Position numbers and translations under genes: made by a program. Of a stretch of DNA of 64,000 bases, positions 19,696 to 30,085 are shown in pieces. Source of the DNA: an uncultured Pseudomonadota bacterium (GTDB taxonomy: Bacteria > Oederibacteriota > Muellerivitia > Muellerivitales > Muellerivitaceae). Below the pieces are notes generated by a model. That model made no database searches, was not told where the DNA came from, and saw nothing but the letters and a program-made list of their open reading frames with translations. The stretch spans positions 166,515 through 230,514 of the forward strand of contig CAVYRH010000004.1 in assembly GCA_963770835.1 (NCBI GenBank), written 5' to 3'. Position 1 is the first letter of the stretch; the number at the start of each line of letters is the position of its first letter.

Positions 19696-19729
19696 AAAAG
19701 CCAAAAGCTGATTTAAAAAGAGGTTTATT

Positions 19730-21313
19730 TTGATCCTATCCATTCTCATAGGTCTTCCCGTGCTGGGAGCGGTGTTGGCGGCGCTTTTTCCCCAAGAAAA
19801 GGCCACCAAGACCATTTCCCTCCTGGCTTCCCTCACCACCTTCGTATTTTCCCTCCTGCTTTACGTTCGCTTCGACGCGGCGGATGGGGGGTTTCAGTTC
19901 CAGGAACTCATCCCGCTGGTCCCCCGGCTTTCCATCAATTACAGCCTGGGCCTGGACGGTTTATCCCTTTGGCTCATTCTCCTCGCCACTTTCCTCACGC
20001 CACTTGTGGTTCTGGGAAGCTTTGGAATGATTAGGAAAAATGTCAGGGGATATTACGCCTGCCTGCTTTTGCTGGAGGCTTCCGTCATCGGAACCCTGGA
20101 GGCCACGGACCTGTTCCTTTTTTATATTTTCTGGGAGCTCATGTTGATTCCAGCTTTCTTCCTGATCGGCGTCTGGGGCGGGCCCAACCGCGTGAAGGGA
20201 ACGGTGAAATTCATCCTTTTCACCATGGCGGGGTCGCTTCTGATGCTGGTGGCGCTCATTTATGTGACCCACGAAGTGAAAAGCTTTGATTACGCCAAGG
20301 TCTTCGAGCACGCCTTCCCGGAAGACGTTCAATTCTGGTGCTTCCTGGCCTTTGCGATGGCTTTTCTCATTAAAATCCCCCTCTTTCCTTTCCACGGCTG
20401 GCTCCCGGACGCCTACACGGAGGCGCCTGCGGGCGGTACAGTGATGCTTTCCGCAGTGCTGGTCAAGCTGGGGGCCTACGGCCTCTTGCGTTTCTGTATC
20501 CCGCTTTTTCCCGACGCAGCCAAGGCCTTCGCCCCCTGGATCATGGTGCTGGCCGCGGCCGGAGTGGTGCATGGGGCCTTCATGGCCATCCTTCAAACCG
20601 ATTTCAAACGGTTGATGGCTTATTCCTCCCTCTCCCATATGGGGTTGATCACGCTGGGGATTTTCACTTTTTCGCTCACGGGTCTCGAGGGCGGCATGAT
20701 CCAGATGGTCGGCCACGGGGTTTACATGGGGGGGCTTTTCCTTTTAATTGGGATGCTTTATCAACGCCGGGAATCGCACGAGATGGATGCCTACGGCGGG
20801 GTCGCGAAGGGGGCGCCGCTCCTGGCGGCGGCATTCCTTTGGATGATTCTTTCATCAGCCGGCCTGCCCGGCTTTGCGGGTTTCGTGGGTGAAATCCTGA
20901 TTTTGACTTCCGCCTACAAGGTTTGGGCCCTGCCGGCCCTCGTCGCCATCACGGGTTTTGTCCTCTCGGCTTGGTACCTCTTCAATTTGTACGGGAAAGT
21001 GTTTTTTGGACCGGATAAAGCCCACCGCCAAGACGCCAAGGCGCCAAGTAAGACAGATCCTGAAAACAAAGAACAAACCCAGAAGTTTAAGGATCTGTCA
21101 CTGTCAGAAGGTTTGGCGCTATTGCCGCTGGTTTTGGCCGCCCTTTGGATCGGTCTGAACGCCAATTTTTTCCTGGCACCCATAGAAAAGACCCTTCAAA
21201 TGAAAGTTATTGAAAAGTTGAAACCACCGCCACCCATGATGGATTTCGCCGCCGAGCAGCGACGCCTCCAAGAAGAAATGGACAACGGCAACAAGAAGCA
21301 TCCGAAGCGTTAA
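19730..21313 (+). CDS. nuoM: NADH-quinone oxidoreductase subunit M
   Basis: Antiporter-like subunit (FPFHGWLPDAYTEAP). TTG start after an AAAGAGG ribosome-binding site. Confidence 0.9.
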   Translation: MILSILIGLPVLGAVLAALFPQEKATKTISLLASLTTFVFSLLLYVRFDAADGGFQFQELIPLVPRLSINYSLGLDGLSLWLILLATFLTPLVVLGSFGMIRKNVRGYYACLLLLEASVIGTLEATDLFLFYIFWELMLIPAFFLIGVWGGPNRVKGTVKFILFTMAGSLLMLVALIYVTHEVKSFDYAKVFEHAFPEDVQFWCFLAFAMAFLIKIPLFPFHGWLPDAYTEAPAGGTVMLSAVLVKLGAYGLLRFCIPLFPDAAKAFAPWIMVLAAAGVVHGAFMAILQTDFKRLMAYSSLSHMGLITLGIFTFSLTGLEGGMIQMVGHGVYMGGLFLLIGMLYQRRESHEMDAYGGVAKGAPLLAAAFLWMILSSAGLPGFAGFVGEILILTSAYKVWALPALVAITGFVLSAWYLFNLYGKVFFGPDKAHRQDAKAPSKTDPENKEQTQKFKDLSLSEGLALLPLVLAALWIGLNANFFLAPIEKTLQMKVIEKLKPPPPMMDFAAEQRRLQEEMDNGNKKHPKR

Positions 21314-21337
21314 ACACGGAGCCGGTAAAGTTATTCC

Positions 21338-22795
21338 GTGACTCAAGATTTTCCGAGGTTTAAGTTGGGCCCATTACCGAACGAATTAACCCCGCTCCTG
21401 CCCCTGTGGATCGTCGTGGCGGGGGCGCTTGCGATCCTTCTGCTGGAAGCCCTCTTGCACGAGGAAGGGCGCAAGGCGGCGCCCGTTTTGGCCGGAACCG
21501 CCCTGGTGCTTTCACTGGGGAGTGTCTTTCACCTGCTTTCCTTGCGGGGAATGCCCGGGCCTCTTTTTCACGGCGCGGTGGTCGTGGATTTGTATTCCCT
21601 AACCCTCCAGGGAATTTGCCTGTTGTCGGCCCTTTTGACCTGCGTTTTTTCCGCTTCTTATTTGAAGCGGGAAAAGGCCGTGACCGGCGAATATTACGCC
21701 CTTCTTCTTTTGGCCGTGGCGGGCATGTTCACCTTGGTCCTCGCCGCCGATTTCCTGACCTTTTTCGTGGGTCTGGAACTCATGTCCCTGGCCGCTTACG
21801 TTTTGGCGGGATACCTGCGGGTCCAGGAACGCTCGACCGAGGCGGCCTTGAAATATTTCATGCTAGGAGTTTTCGCCTCCGGATTTCTTCTTTACGGTGT
21901 CGCCCTAATTTACGGGGCCTCTGGGACCATTCATTTTTCGGACTTGAGGCATTTCTTGGAACAAGGGCATACTTCCTCCCTTTTCGTGGATTTAGGTGTG
22001 GGGTTTCTTTTGGTGGGTTTGGGATTCAAGGTCGCCTTGGTCCCTTTTCACGGTTGGGCGCCGGATGTTTACGACGGGGCCCCAGCCCCCGTATCGGCTT
22101 TTCTTTCGACGGGTGTTAAAACCGCAGCCTTCGGCGCGTTTGCCCGCCTTTTCGCGGAGGCATTCGGCTTGCCGGGAACCTGGGTTCCGGTTTTCGCGGT
22201 CCTGGCCATTCTCACCATGACCCTGGGCAACCTGGGGGCCCTGGCCCAGGAAAGCGTCAAGCGTATGCTCGCCTATTCCAGCGTCGCCCATGCCGGGTAC
22301 CTTATGGTGGGGCTTGCCACCGTATCCCTCGCCCCGGCGGATGACCTGGAACGGGCGGTGGCTTTTTACCTTTTGGCTTACACCCTCATGACCGCGGGGG
22401 CTTTTGGCTGGATCGCCTGGGCATCCGGAAAGGGCGAGGCGGGAACGGGGCTCGAAGATTACCGGGGTTTGGGCCTGAAATGCCCTTGGATGGGGTTGAT
22501 GATGGCGCTTTTCATGTTTTCCCTGGCCGGCATGACACCCACCGCCGGCTTCTTCGGAAAATACTACCTTTTCAAATTGGCGGTGGACCACGGTTTGATC
22601 GGATTGGCCCTCATCGCGGTTTTGAACAGCTTTCTCTCGGCTTATTACTACCTGCGAGTGGTCGTGTTCCTCTACATGAAACCCTCAAAGGAAGGGGTTG
22701 GCTCCGTCCCATTCGTCCCCTGGGATCTTCGCCTCGCCTTTTTTCTTTGCGGTTTGGGTGTGCTGGCCGCGGGGTTTTTCAAATTTCCTTTTTAA
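21338..22795 (+). CDS. nuoN: NADH-quinone oxidoreductase subunit N
   Basis: Antiporter-like subunit (VPFHGWAPDVYDGAPAPVSAF). GTG start. Confidence 0.88.
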   Translation: MTQDFPRFKLGPLPNELTPLLPLWIVVAGALAILLLEALLHEEGRKAAPVLAGTALVLSLGSVFHLLSLRGMPGPLFHGAVVVDLYSLTLQGICLLSALLTCVFSASYLKREKAVTGEYYALLLLAVAGMFTLVLAADFLTFFVGLELMSLAAYVLAGYLRVQERSTEAALKYFMLGVFASGFLLYGVALIYGASGTIHFSDLRHFLEQGHTSSLFVDLGVGFLLVGLGFKVALVPFHGWAPDVYDGAPAPVSAFLSTGVKTAAFGAFARLFAEAFGLPGTWVPVFAVLAILTMTLGNLGALAQESVKRMLAYSSVAHAGYLMVGLATVSLAPADDLERAVAFYLLAYTLMTAGAFGWIAWASGKGEAGTGLEDYRGLGLKCPWMGLMMALFMFSLAGMTPTAGFFGKYYLFKLAVDHGLIGLALIAVLNSFLSAYYYLRVVVFLYMKPSKEGVGSVPFVPWDLRLAFFLCGLGVLAAGFFKFPF

Positions 22796-22817
22796 ACGGG
22801 AAAGGGATGGCCACTCC

Positions 22818-23120
22818 ATGAAAGTTATCGCCGATTTGTGCGTCGTGCCCTTAGGGGTCGGCGTCTCGGTATCGGAATACGTAGCGGCTTGCGAGAAGGT
22901 TTTAAAAGAAGCGGGACTGAAAACCCAACTGCACGCTTACGGAACCAATATCGAAGGGGAGTGGGATCAAGTGTTCGCGGCCATCAAACGTTGCCATGAG
23001 GTTGTTCACCGAATGGGCGCGCCCCGCATCTCCACGGTCCTGAAATTCGGCACTCGCACTGACCGCAAACAGACCATGGATGAAAAAGTAAAAAGCGTCA
23101 AAAACCGCCTGAAAAAATAA
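22818..23120 (+). CDS. YkoF/MTH1187-family (DUF77) thiamine-binding-like protein
   Basis: 100-aa ORF MKVIADLCVVPLGVGVSVSEYVAACEKVL... typical of the MTH1187/YkoF fold. Immediately follows nuoN. Confidence 0.6.
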   Translation: MKVIADLCVVPLGVGVSVSEYVAACEKVLKEAGLKTQLHAYGTNIEGEWDQVFAAIKRCHEVVHRMGAPRISTVLKFGTRTDRKQTMDEKVKSVKNRLKK

Positions 23121-23226
23121 GTTCCGTCCCTTCCGTCTTAAAGATGACTACCACGTGGAAATTTTAGGTACAATTGGATTGGGTCGGGCCTCCCCTGCGG
23201 GAAGGCCTTTAGGAAGGGGTGGGTTG

Positions 23227-23688
23227 ATGCGTAAAATCTCGGGAAATGATCGCGGATTTACACTGATTGAACTCATGATCGTGGTGGCCATCATCGGTAT
23301 TTTGGCGGCTATCGCCATTCCCCGTTTCGCCCAGATGCTGGAAAAGGGCCGGGAAGGCGACACCAAAGGCAACTTGAACAGCATCCATTCGGCGGCTTCC
23401 ATTTATTACGGGGATCAAAGGGGCATATGGCCCACAACCCTGAGCACCCTTTCAATTTACGACTTCAGCCAATACCTGGACAATGTGGCCCCGGTCAAGG
23501 TCACGGGCAGTTTCGTGATGGGCGCCCTGAGCCCCAGCGGAGGGTTGATTACTATGACCACCCAGTCTTCTGTTCCTACGGGCAGCGGTACCGGTTGGCT
23601 TTACGACAGTACAAACGGCGAAATCTACGTCAATAGCACGGTAACTGATTCCAAAGGGCTTCCCTATTCTTATTACGGTTTCGAATAA
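23227..23688 (+). CDS. Type IV pilin / T2SS pseudopilin-like protein (N-methylation motif)
   Basis: Prepilin leader MRKISGNDRG|FTLIELMIVVAIIGILAAIAIP with the conserved Glu5. Confidence 0.85.
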   Translation: MRKISGNDRGFTLIELMIVVAIIGILAAIAIPRFAQMLEKGREGDTKGNLNSIHSAASIYYGDQRGIWPTTLSTLSIYDFSQYLDNVAPVKVTGSFVMGALSPSGGLITMTTQSSVPTGSGTGWLYDSTNGEIYVNSTVTDSKGLPYSYYGFE

Positions 23689-24033
23689 AAGTCCGGACAA
23701 CCTTTTGATTCTTCCGTCGTTTTCTCCACGGCACGTGAGGCCTCAGCTTCCAGGCAAATATGCGAATCCCAAAGATGTTTGAAAAATACCCGAGAGTGTA
23801 AGTTTTTCATTCCATTTTCTTAAAAACGATTTCCTCCCTCCCGAATTCTTTCGACAAAATTCAAGTTTCACGTTTCTGTTCCCCATGATTTTCGGAATAA
23901 AAATTGCATTTTAAAACCGTGATTCAACGCGCCTTGCGGAAAATCTCTGTGACATTCGTCATTATGAAAAATGCTGATTTATTCGAAACTCTTAACCACT
24001 TGAGCGATTATCCCCGTAGCCAGGAACGATTCA

Positions 24034-25566
24034 ATGTCTGGGAATCCAAATTTAACTTCGCCACCGGTTATTTCCATCCACAGGGAATATCCATTCCCCT
24101 TTGGAAAGGCAATATTGGCTGCGGCGTTCCTTATTGGACTCGTCGTGGTTTGGACTTATGGCATGGCCCATGGCCGCAATTCAACTCTCCGGCCCGCCTT
24201 CAGTATGAGGGATGGAACTGTTCTCATCCCCGAATCCGAGCGGCCCTTGGATTTCTGTGTCATCGGGGTTGATCCAAGCCGGAGCCTATTTTGTTTTTTG
24301 CCTTTCCTTCAGCAAGAGGCGCTGATGCCTCCTTCCCGGTTCCAGGAAATCCACCGTCAATTGTACTGGCTTAATTTTGAGATATCCCACGGGCGGCTCC
24401 TGAACGCCCTTCCCCGCAGTACGCAAATCTACGTGGCCCTGCCGGACCCGAAAAGCGTGAAAGAAGCGGACGGAACCGAAGAAGGGCTTTTCCGGGGTTA
24501 CTTGAAGGCCCACTGTGGATGGACGGAAGCAGACATCCAGGGGCGCATCCATTTCTTTAAGACGCCCGTTCCCATCGTTTGGGCCCAGGATATCGGCAAA
24601 ATCCTCGGCCACGACGCCCAAGGCCGGTGGATCATTTCCCGCGGTTCTAATGACCAACGCGGTTATGGGGAATCCGTGGGTGCCCTTTGCCAGGCTTATC
24701 CTAACCTTTTCACTTTTCGCGACTTGCCTGCGGGAGTCAGCGCCGAAGGGGGGGACGAGGACCTGGTCCGTACCCCCGACGGAAACCTGGCGATGTTGGT
24801 GGGGCGCCACCGGGCGCGCAATTACCTAGAATGGGCCGGCGGGCGGTCCTTGAACGCCCAGGTTTTAAGCCAGGACGATCTCCTCAAGGCGGAAGACCTT
24901 TTTTCAGGAGCCTTCGAAGGCGTGCCGGCAATTTTTATTCCCAGCCGGGCCCTGGAAAACCCAGCGCTTGGCAACAATGAGCTGTTCCACCTGGATATGT
25001 CGGTCGTTGTTCTCTCCGTGGGAGGAAAGACCCATGCCTTCGTGCCCTCTTATATCGATCATCCGATCGACCGTGTGACCGGCCAGCCCTTGGACCCCGC
25101 CTTCGTGAAAAGCCTGCAGGACGAATACGACCTGATGGCCTCCGAGCTGACTTCCTTAGGTTATCCAGTCGACCGTCTGGCAATTACGGACCATCCCGTT
25201 CGCAGTCCGGCCAATTTGGTGAGATATTACGATCCCACAACCGGGCACTGCACGGTTCTTTTGGCGAGATATCCCTACAATTTTTCCGGTTCCGGGGGGT
25301 TCGTGCCCCAGGAAAGGGTTATGGACAGCTTTAAGGATTTAAGGGAAAAGGGTGAGGCTTGGGAGAAAGCCTCCAACGAATACAACTTCCTGCAATTGCG
25401 CCGGTCCATTGAAGTTGCCTGGCAAACTATGGATGGGGCGGGCTCCCAAAGCGATCCCTTTTTCGAAAAGAACCGAGAACTTTTCCAAAAAGCGGGGGTC
25501 GATGTGGTGGCCGTACCGGATTTCGCCTGGGGCTCGGGCGGGCTTCATTGCCAAATACTGCATTAA
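24034..25566 (+). CDS. Membrane-anchored guanidino-group-modifying enzyme superfamily protein (agmatine deiminase / peptidyl-arginine deiminase-like)
   Basis: N-terminal TM helix. Motifs RGSNDQ, LFHLDMS (H-x-D) and C-terminal GSGGLHCQIL resemble the amidinotransferase-fold catalytic Cys motif GGGIHCITQQ. Confidence 0.5.
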   Translation: MSGNPNLTSPPVISIHREYPFPFGKAILAAAFLIGLVVVWTYGMAHGRNSTLRPAFSMRDGTVLIPESERPLDFCVIGVDPSRSLFCFLPFLQQEALMPPSRFQEIHRQLYWLNFEISHGRLLNALPRSTQIYVALPDPKSVKEADGTEEGLFRGYLKAHCGWTEADIQGRIHFFKTPVPIVWAQDIGKILGHDAQGRWIISRGSNDQRGYGESVGALCQAYPNLFTFRDLPAGVSAEGGDEDLVRTPDGNLAMLVGRHRARNYLEWAGGRSLNAQVLSQDDLLKAEDLFSGAFEGVPAIFIPSRALENPALGNNELFHLDMSVVVLSVGGKTHAFVPSYIDHPIDRVTGQPLDPAFVKSLQDEYDLMASELTSLGYPVDRLAITDHPVRSPANLVRYYDPTTGHCTVLLARYPYNFSGSGGFVPQERVMDSFKDLREKGEAWEKASNEYNFLQLRRSIEVAWQTMDGAGSQSDPFFEKNRELFQKAGVDVVAVPDFAWGSGGLHCQILH

Positions 25567-25789
25567 CCGGCCGCTGAAAAAACAGTCGTACCGCAAAGTC
25601 GCCTTTATCCCCTTCCAACCTCCTTATAAAACTAGAAAATTGATTTCAGGAAGGTCTTTCATCCTCGGCGAAAGGCCTTTTTCTGGTCGGTGTTCAAAGT
25701 GACATTTGGAAGACCGGGGGATATAATTTGCCAACTATTTACGGATGAATGCCTTCCACCCTTTTTCTCGGTTTAACAAGGAGACTTTT

Positions 25790-26641
25790 ATGAAAAGTAT
25801 TTTGATCTTTGCACTTTTCCTGGCTTGGGCCCCACTTTTGTGGGCCGATCAACCCAATCCCCCACTGGTTCCCGTCCCAAGTGGCGAAGACACACTGCCT
25901 CCGCCTCTTGACCAGATGACCCCCGTAACCGTTCCCTCCCTCCCTGGAAATGAAAACACAAAGTCCGAGCCTCCGGAAAAAGTGGCTCCGCCGCCGATGG
26001 TTCCACCCAAATCGGCGGTTTCGGCATCGACTCCCGGGCCAACCATTCAAAGTCCAGTTCCCGAAAAGGTTTCCTCGAATACGGTGATTTCAGCAGGGGC
26101 CCTCACGGATTATTTTCCAGTCCATGAAGGCGCCAAGTGGAACTACGAATACTTGAAACCGGCTTCCGGCGAAACCGCCAAGGGAACCTATTCAGTTCAA
26201 TGCACCGAGGCCAAGCAAATGCCGAATGGAACGGTACGCGCCGTTTTTGAGACCACAGAGAACGGTCAAAAGGCGCAGGATCACTATTCGTTTTATGACA
26301 ATAAGATTGAGCACATGGGCGAAGATGGCCAAACTTCGACGGGTGACTTTGTGTTTAAGATCCCCTCCGCCGGTGGTAGCTCCGCTTGGTTGGTAACGGA
26401 AAAAGACGGGACGGTCCACAAATCCAAGGCCGCCTTCGGCCAAGCCCAGGTTTATCAGAAAACTTATCCTGATTGTGTGGTGGTTACGGAAAAAGTCGTT
26501 AAGGGCGGCAAAACGGCCAATACTGTCATTTATTATTACGCCAAGGGAACCGGCCTGGTGGCCGTGGAGGTTTATTCGCCGAAGATGAAGCTGGTCCAGG
26601 ACAAATCCGTCGCCCTCGTGAGCGGTTCCGGCTCTCATTGA
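25790..26641 (+). CDS. Secreted protein with a Pro-rich N-terminal linker (hypothetical)
   Basis: ATG 25790 after AAGGAG. Signal peptide ending LLWA. Low-complexity PPLVPVP..PP region, then a globular domain. Confidence 0.6.
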   Translation: MKSILIFALFLAWAPLLWADQPNPPLVPVPSGEDTLPPPLDQMTPVTVPSLPGNENTKSEPPEKVAPPPMVPPKSAVSASTPGPTIQSPVPEKVSSNTVISAGALTDYFPVHEGAKWNYEYLKPASGETAKGTYSVQCTEAKQMPNGTVRAVFETTENGQKAQDHYSFYDNKIEHMGEDGQTSTGDFVFKIPSAGGSSAWLVTEKDGTVHKSKAAFGQAQVYQKTYPDCVVVTEKVVKGGKTANTVIYYYAKGTGLVAVEVYSPKMKLVQDKSVALVSGSGSH

Positions 26642-27049
26642 AAAAATCGGGAGATCGACCCAGTTTTTGAATTCCCAAGGGTTTTGGTATTAAAATTGTG
26701 GTGAGTTTTGTTTTGGCCCTCAATGGGTTGTAATTCCCCCGAAAAACTGGAAACAAAATCCTTCCTCGGAGTTCCTTGCCGGTAAAATCCCTTAAAATAG
26801 TTGCAGTTACTCGGTTTCTACGGGTATCATGCTTCCCCTGGCCTCCATCCAACTCATGTTTTTCCCCCGATTGGTAAGTTTACCGAGGCTCTTTGAACCA
26901 AAGAAATAGGGTATGAAGCCCGTTACCCTGCGTGCGTTGCCGTCTTTTTATTCCGCCCTGGGGGTGGAATTCATGGGGGATCCAACGGCCCACGTTTTTT
27001 GTATCGGGAAATTTAAGGCAATCCCAAATTTTGAGGAGGAAGTACTTCA

Positions 27050-28874
27050 ATGGAAAATGAAATTATCGTCGGTATCGGTGGGGCAGCCGGAGACGGTGGC
27101 GCATCCACCGGGGACAACCTGGCTTTGGCCAGCGCCCGGCAAGGTCTTTTCGTGTACGTCTATACGAGCTATCAATCCCTGATCCGCGGCGGCCACTCCT
27201 GGATACGCCTCCGGATTTCCAGCAAGAATGTCACCAACGTCGGCGACCAAGTGGGCGCCATGATCGCCTTGAACCAGGATTCGATGGACCGCCACCTGCA
27301 GGAATTGACAACCGGCGGCATCTGCGTTTACAACGGCGATAAGGTCAAGCCCGGCAAGGCCCCCGAGGGCGTGCAGCTGTGTCCCTTGCCCGTGTTTGAG
27401 CTGGCGGGCAAGGATGCCCTTCCGATCATGCAGAACACTGTGGCCTTGGGCGCCCTCACCGGTCTCCTGGGATTGGAATTTTCGTCCCTTTCCTCAGTCT
27501 TCGAACACACCTTTAAGAAAAAACCCCAGGTCGTCAAGGCCAACATCGATGCCGCCAAGGCTGGCTACGATTTCGCGGTGAAGACCTACAAGAAAATCGC
27601 CAATCCCCTCGGCAAAACCCCGGCCAAGCTTGCTATGGTGCACGGCAACAACATGTTCGGCCTCGGCGCGGCCAACGCCGGCTGCAAGGTTTATTGCGCC
27701 TATCCGATGAGCCCGGCCACCGGCATCCTTCATTGGATGGCGGGACACGGCAAGGACTTGGGGATCTGCGTTCGCCAAGTGGAGGATGAAATCGGCGTCG
27801 CCAACATGACCATCGGCGCGGGCCAAATGGGCGTGCGCGCCATGTGCGCCACATCGGGCGGCGGATTCGCCCTCATGACCGAAGCCATCGGCATGGCCTC
27901 CATCATGGAAATTCCGGTCGTCATGATCAACGTCATGCGCGGCGGACCTTCCACGGGGCTTCCCACCAAGCAGGAACAAGGTGACCTGAACCAGGCCATC
28001 GGGGCCTCCCAGGGTGATTTCCAGCGCGTGATCATCGCCCCCACCTCCATCGCGGACTGCTACTCCACTATGGAAGAAGCCTTCAACTTACGCCGAGAAA
28101 TTCCAGATGCCGGTCCTCATCCTTTCCGACCTCCTGATGAGCGAGGGCCACATGACGCTGGAAACCTCCTTCCTGGACCGTGAGTTCAAGATCGACCGCG
28201 GCGAGATGATCTTCGAGGACGACGGCAAGCCGAAGAGCTACCTTCGTTATAAGGACACCCCTTCGGGCGTTTCGCCCCGGGCCATCCCCGGACTGTCAAA
28301 CCACCTTTACGTCTCCGCTACCGACGAGCACGACGAGGACGGGGTCACCATCTCCGACGTCTATACCGATCCCGTCACCCGCAAGAAGGTCGTGGACAAG
28401 CGCGAGCGCAAAATGCAGGGAGTCCTGGCCGCTTTGCCTAAGCCTAAATTGGAAGGATCGGCCGACGCCGACACCGTCATCGTGACTTACGGCTCCACCT
28501 ACGGGGCCGCCAGCGAGGCCGTCGAGCGCATGAACAAAGAGGGCGTGAAGTGCAGCCACCTTTCGGTCAAGTACCTGGTTCCTTTCCAGGAAAAGGAAGT
28601 TACCGCACTTTTGAAGGGTAAGAAAAACATCATCGTGGTAGAAATGAACAAATCGGGCCAATTCGCCCGCCATTTGCGCGCCGAAACGGGTATCACGTCC
28701 ACCGGCAACGTCCGCAAGTACGACGGCGAGCCGTTCGAACCCAAGCATGTCGTCGCGGGCATCAAGGAAGTCTTGAAGGGCAAGGCGGTCGTCGAGTCCG
28801 AGTCGTTGGAACCGGGCTGGCGCACGCCGCATCCTCCGGGACCGGGAGTCATGGCTACTTCGTCGACGCATTAA
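27050..28874 (+). CDS. korA: 2-oxoglutarate/2-oxoacid:ferredoxin oxidoreductase alpha subunit. Apparent +1 frameshift at about 28088-28091.
   Basis: The N-terminal part in frame (GGAAGDGGASTGDNLA...) ends at ..MEEAFNL. The conserved continuation AEKFQMPVLILSDLLMSEGH... is in the next frame. One extra base lies in aacttacgcc. Confidence 0.85.
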
Positions 28875-28979
28875 CAAAAGGTAGGGGCGGGCCTTCGTGC
28901 CTACCCTGGGCAGGCGTGGGAGCCTGCCGTACGAAAATCATCCGTCCCCTTCCAGGGGGACCACTTTTAGGAGGAAATT

Positions 28980-29876
28980 ATGGCGACAGCAGTAGCAGCA
29001 GCACCCAGGGACGCGAAACTTTATAAGCCGGAAATCCCGCCCGATTGGTGTCCGGGCTGCGGGGACTACGGGGTCTTGACCGTCCTCCAGCGCGCCTGCG
29101 GCGAGCTAGGGATCCCCAACGAGCAATTGATGGTGGTGTCGGGCATCGGATGCTCGTCCAACCTGCCGGGTTTCTTCCGGTCCTATGGCATGCATTCCCT
29201 GCACGGCCGTTCCCTGCCGGTGGCTACCGGCGCCAAGATGGGCAACCACGACATGACCGTCATCGCCTGCGGCGGCGACGGGGACGGCTATGGCATCGGC
29301 CAAGGCCATTTCATCCATTCCATGCGCCGTAACGTCAACATGACCTATATCGTCATGGACAACGAAATCTACGGATTGACCACCGGTCAGACTTCGCCGA
29401 CTTCCGAGCCCGGCATGAAGACCAAGTCCACTCCTAACGGAAATCCCGAGGGGCAGTTGAACCCGATCGCCTTGGCGCTGGCCGCCGGCTGCGGGTTCGT
29501 GGCGCGTGGATTCTCCGGCGACATCAACCACCTGAAGAGCCTCTATACCCAGGCCATCCAATATCCTGGCTTCGCTCTGATCGACGTCTTCAGCCCCTGC
29601 GTCACCTTCAACAAACAGAATACCTTCGGTTGGTTCAAGGAACGCGTGTACAAGCTGGAAGACAAGGGCCACAATCCCACCGATTGGGCTTCGGGCATGG
29701 AGCGCTCCAAAGAATGGGGAGCGCAGATTCCCATCGGGGTCTTCTACAAGAATCCGAATCCCCAACCTTCGCTCGACGCGGCAGATCCGGCCCTGCAGGA
29801 CGCGGGCTTGTCCAAAACGAAGAAGCTGGGTTTAACGGCGGAACAGCGTAAAAAGCTGATTGAGGAGTACGTATAA
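28980..29876 (+). CDS. korB: 2-oxoacid:ferredoxin oxidoreductase beta subunit (TPP-binding)
   Basis: WCPGCGDYG start and GGDGDGYGIGQGHF TPP motif. Confidence 0.9.
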   Translation: MATAVAAAPRDAKLYKPEIPPDWCPGCGDYGVLTVLQRACGELGIPNEQLMVVSGIGCSSNLPGFFRSYGMHSLHGRSLPVATGAKMGNHDMTVIACGGDGDGYGIGQGHFIHSMRRNVNMTYIVMDNEIYGLTTGQTSPTSEPGMKTKSTPNGNPEGQLNPIALALAAGCGFVARGFSGDINHLKSLYTQAIQYPGFALIDVFSPCVTFNKQNTFGWFKERVYKLEDKGHNPTDWASGMERSKEWGAQIPIGVFYKNPNPQPSLDAADPALQDAGLSKTKKLGLTAEQRKKLIEEYV

Positions 29877-29920
29877 ATCCGGTACTCGGCCGTCAGTAAA
29901 AACTAAACATGACAGCGAAA

Positions 29921-29959
29921 GGCTCTTCTTTCCAACAAAGAAGGGCCTTTTCTTTTTTT
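29921..29959 (+). terminator. Rho-independent terminator after korB
   Basis: Stem GGCTCTTCTTT / AAAGAAGGGCC (one G-U) followed by TTTTCTTTTTTT. Confidence 0.75.
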
Positions 29960-30085
29960 GAGGGGTTTGGTTAAATACTTCTGTTAAATCCACCCCCCGG
30001 AGTACCTGTTGCCCGTCAGACCAAAACGGGTGTCCTTCATGGGATTCAGGACACTAGGTCTGAGGGCGACAAAAACATTTGAGCT

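Noticed and set aside
21406-22119. 237-aa plus-strand off-frame ORF within nuoN, and 199-aa minus-strand ORF 21992-22591
   Set aside because: Arg/Gly-rich composition overlapping the conserved NuoN frame.
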